Source of the DNA: Candidatus Saccharimonadota bacterium
GTDB taxonomy: Bacteria > Patescibacteriota > Gracilibacteria > UBA1369 > 2-02-FULL-48-14
Assembly: GCA_016699145.1 (NCBI GenBank)
Contig: CP064962.1
Location: forward strand, 1,306,974-1,338,973
DNA length: 32,000 nt
Reading direction: 5' to 3'
The translations under genes were made by a program, and so were the position numbers. Shown here piece by piece: positions 31,987 through 32,000 of this stretch; positions within the stretch are counted from its first letter, which is position 1, and each line of letters starts with the position of its first letter. The notes under the pieces are model-generated. The model saw only the letters and a program-made list of their open reading frames with translations. It made no database searches and had not been told where the DNA came from.

Positions 31987-32000
31987 GGTCTTTGTTAAAC

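Noticed and set aside
1-32000. Alternative genetic code (UGA recoding, as in some CPR lineages).
   Set aside because: Well-supported genes end at TGA in family-consistent positions: msrB at 15178-15180, the polX stop in the ATGA overlap with rsmE, and the IS481-family transposase. Full-length conserved proteins (GlyRS, AspA-like, YadH-like) contain no in-frame TGA. The standard bacterial code fits.

Overview
The gene content suggests a chromosomal segment from a small-genome bacterium resembling CPR/Patescibacteria; this is an inference. The standard genetic code fits, several genes overlap by ATGA, and Shine-Dalgarno use is patchy. The window has four parts. (1) 1-8593 is a tightly packed + strand operon of four envelope proteins built from TrbC/VirB2-type 'T4SS pilin' helical hairpins (2, 3, 1 and 1 degenerate hairpin per protein). 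Two of them, 1615 aa and 731 aa, carry long PKD-domain arrays. This is the most unusual content. (2) 8590-27051 is mostly housekeeping. It encodes an aspartase/fumarase-family lyase, three rRNA methyltransferases (rlmE, rsmG, rsmE), a PolX without a PHP domain and a frameshifted HI0933-type flavoprotein. It also encodes msrB, a low-affinity iron permease-like protein, a yadGH-like ABC-2 exporter, an OmpR-type regulator with a degenerate receiver and a TrmB-like regulator. The remaining genes are an RluA-family pseudouridine synthase, two lipoproteins, a Cys-rich membrane protein, a DUF3467-like protein with a MGPAP-repeat tail and glyQS. A 906-aa VirD4/TraD-like coupling-protein ATPase is coupled to an LCP-family gene, and a DnaQ-like exonuclease follows. 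(3) 27064-31310 is an accessory patch full of insertion sequences. It holds an orphan ORF, one IS5-family element, two copies of an IS481-family element with different target-site duplications (one copy disrupts a small membrane-protein gene) and a possible RHH/PIN toxin-antitoxin remnant. (4) Two adjacent CAU tRNAs (one initiator-like) and an FtsB/DivIC-like gene close the window. I saw no CRISPR array and no rRNA.
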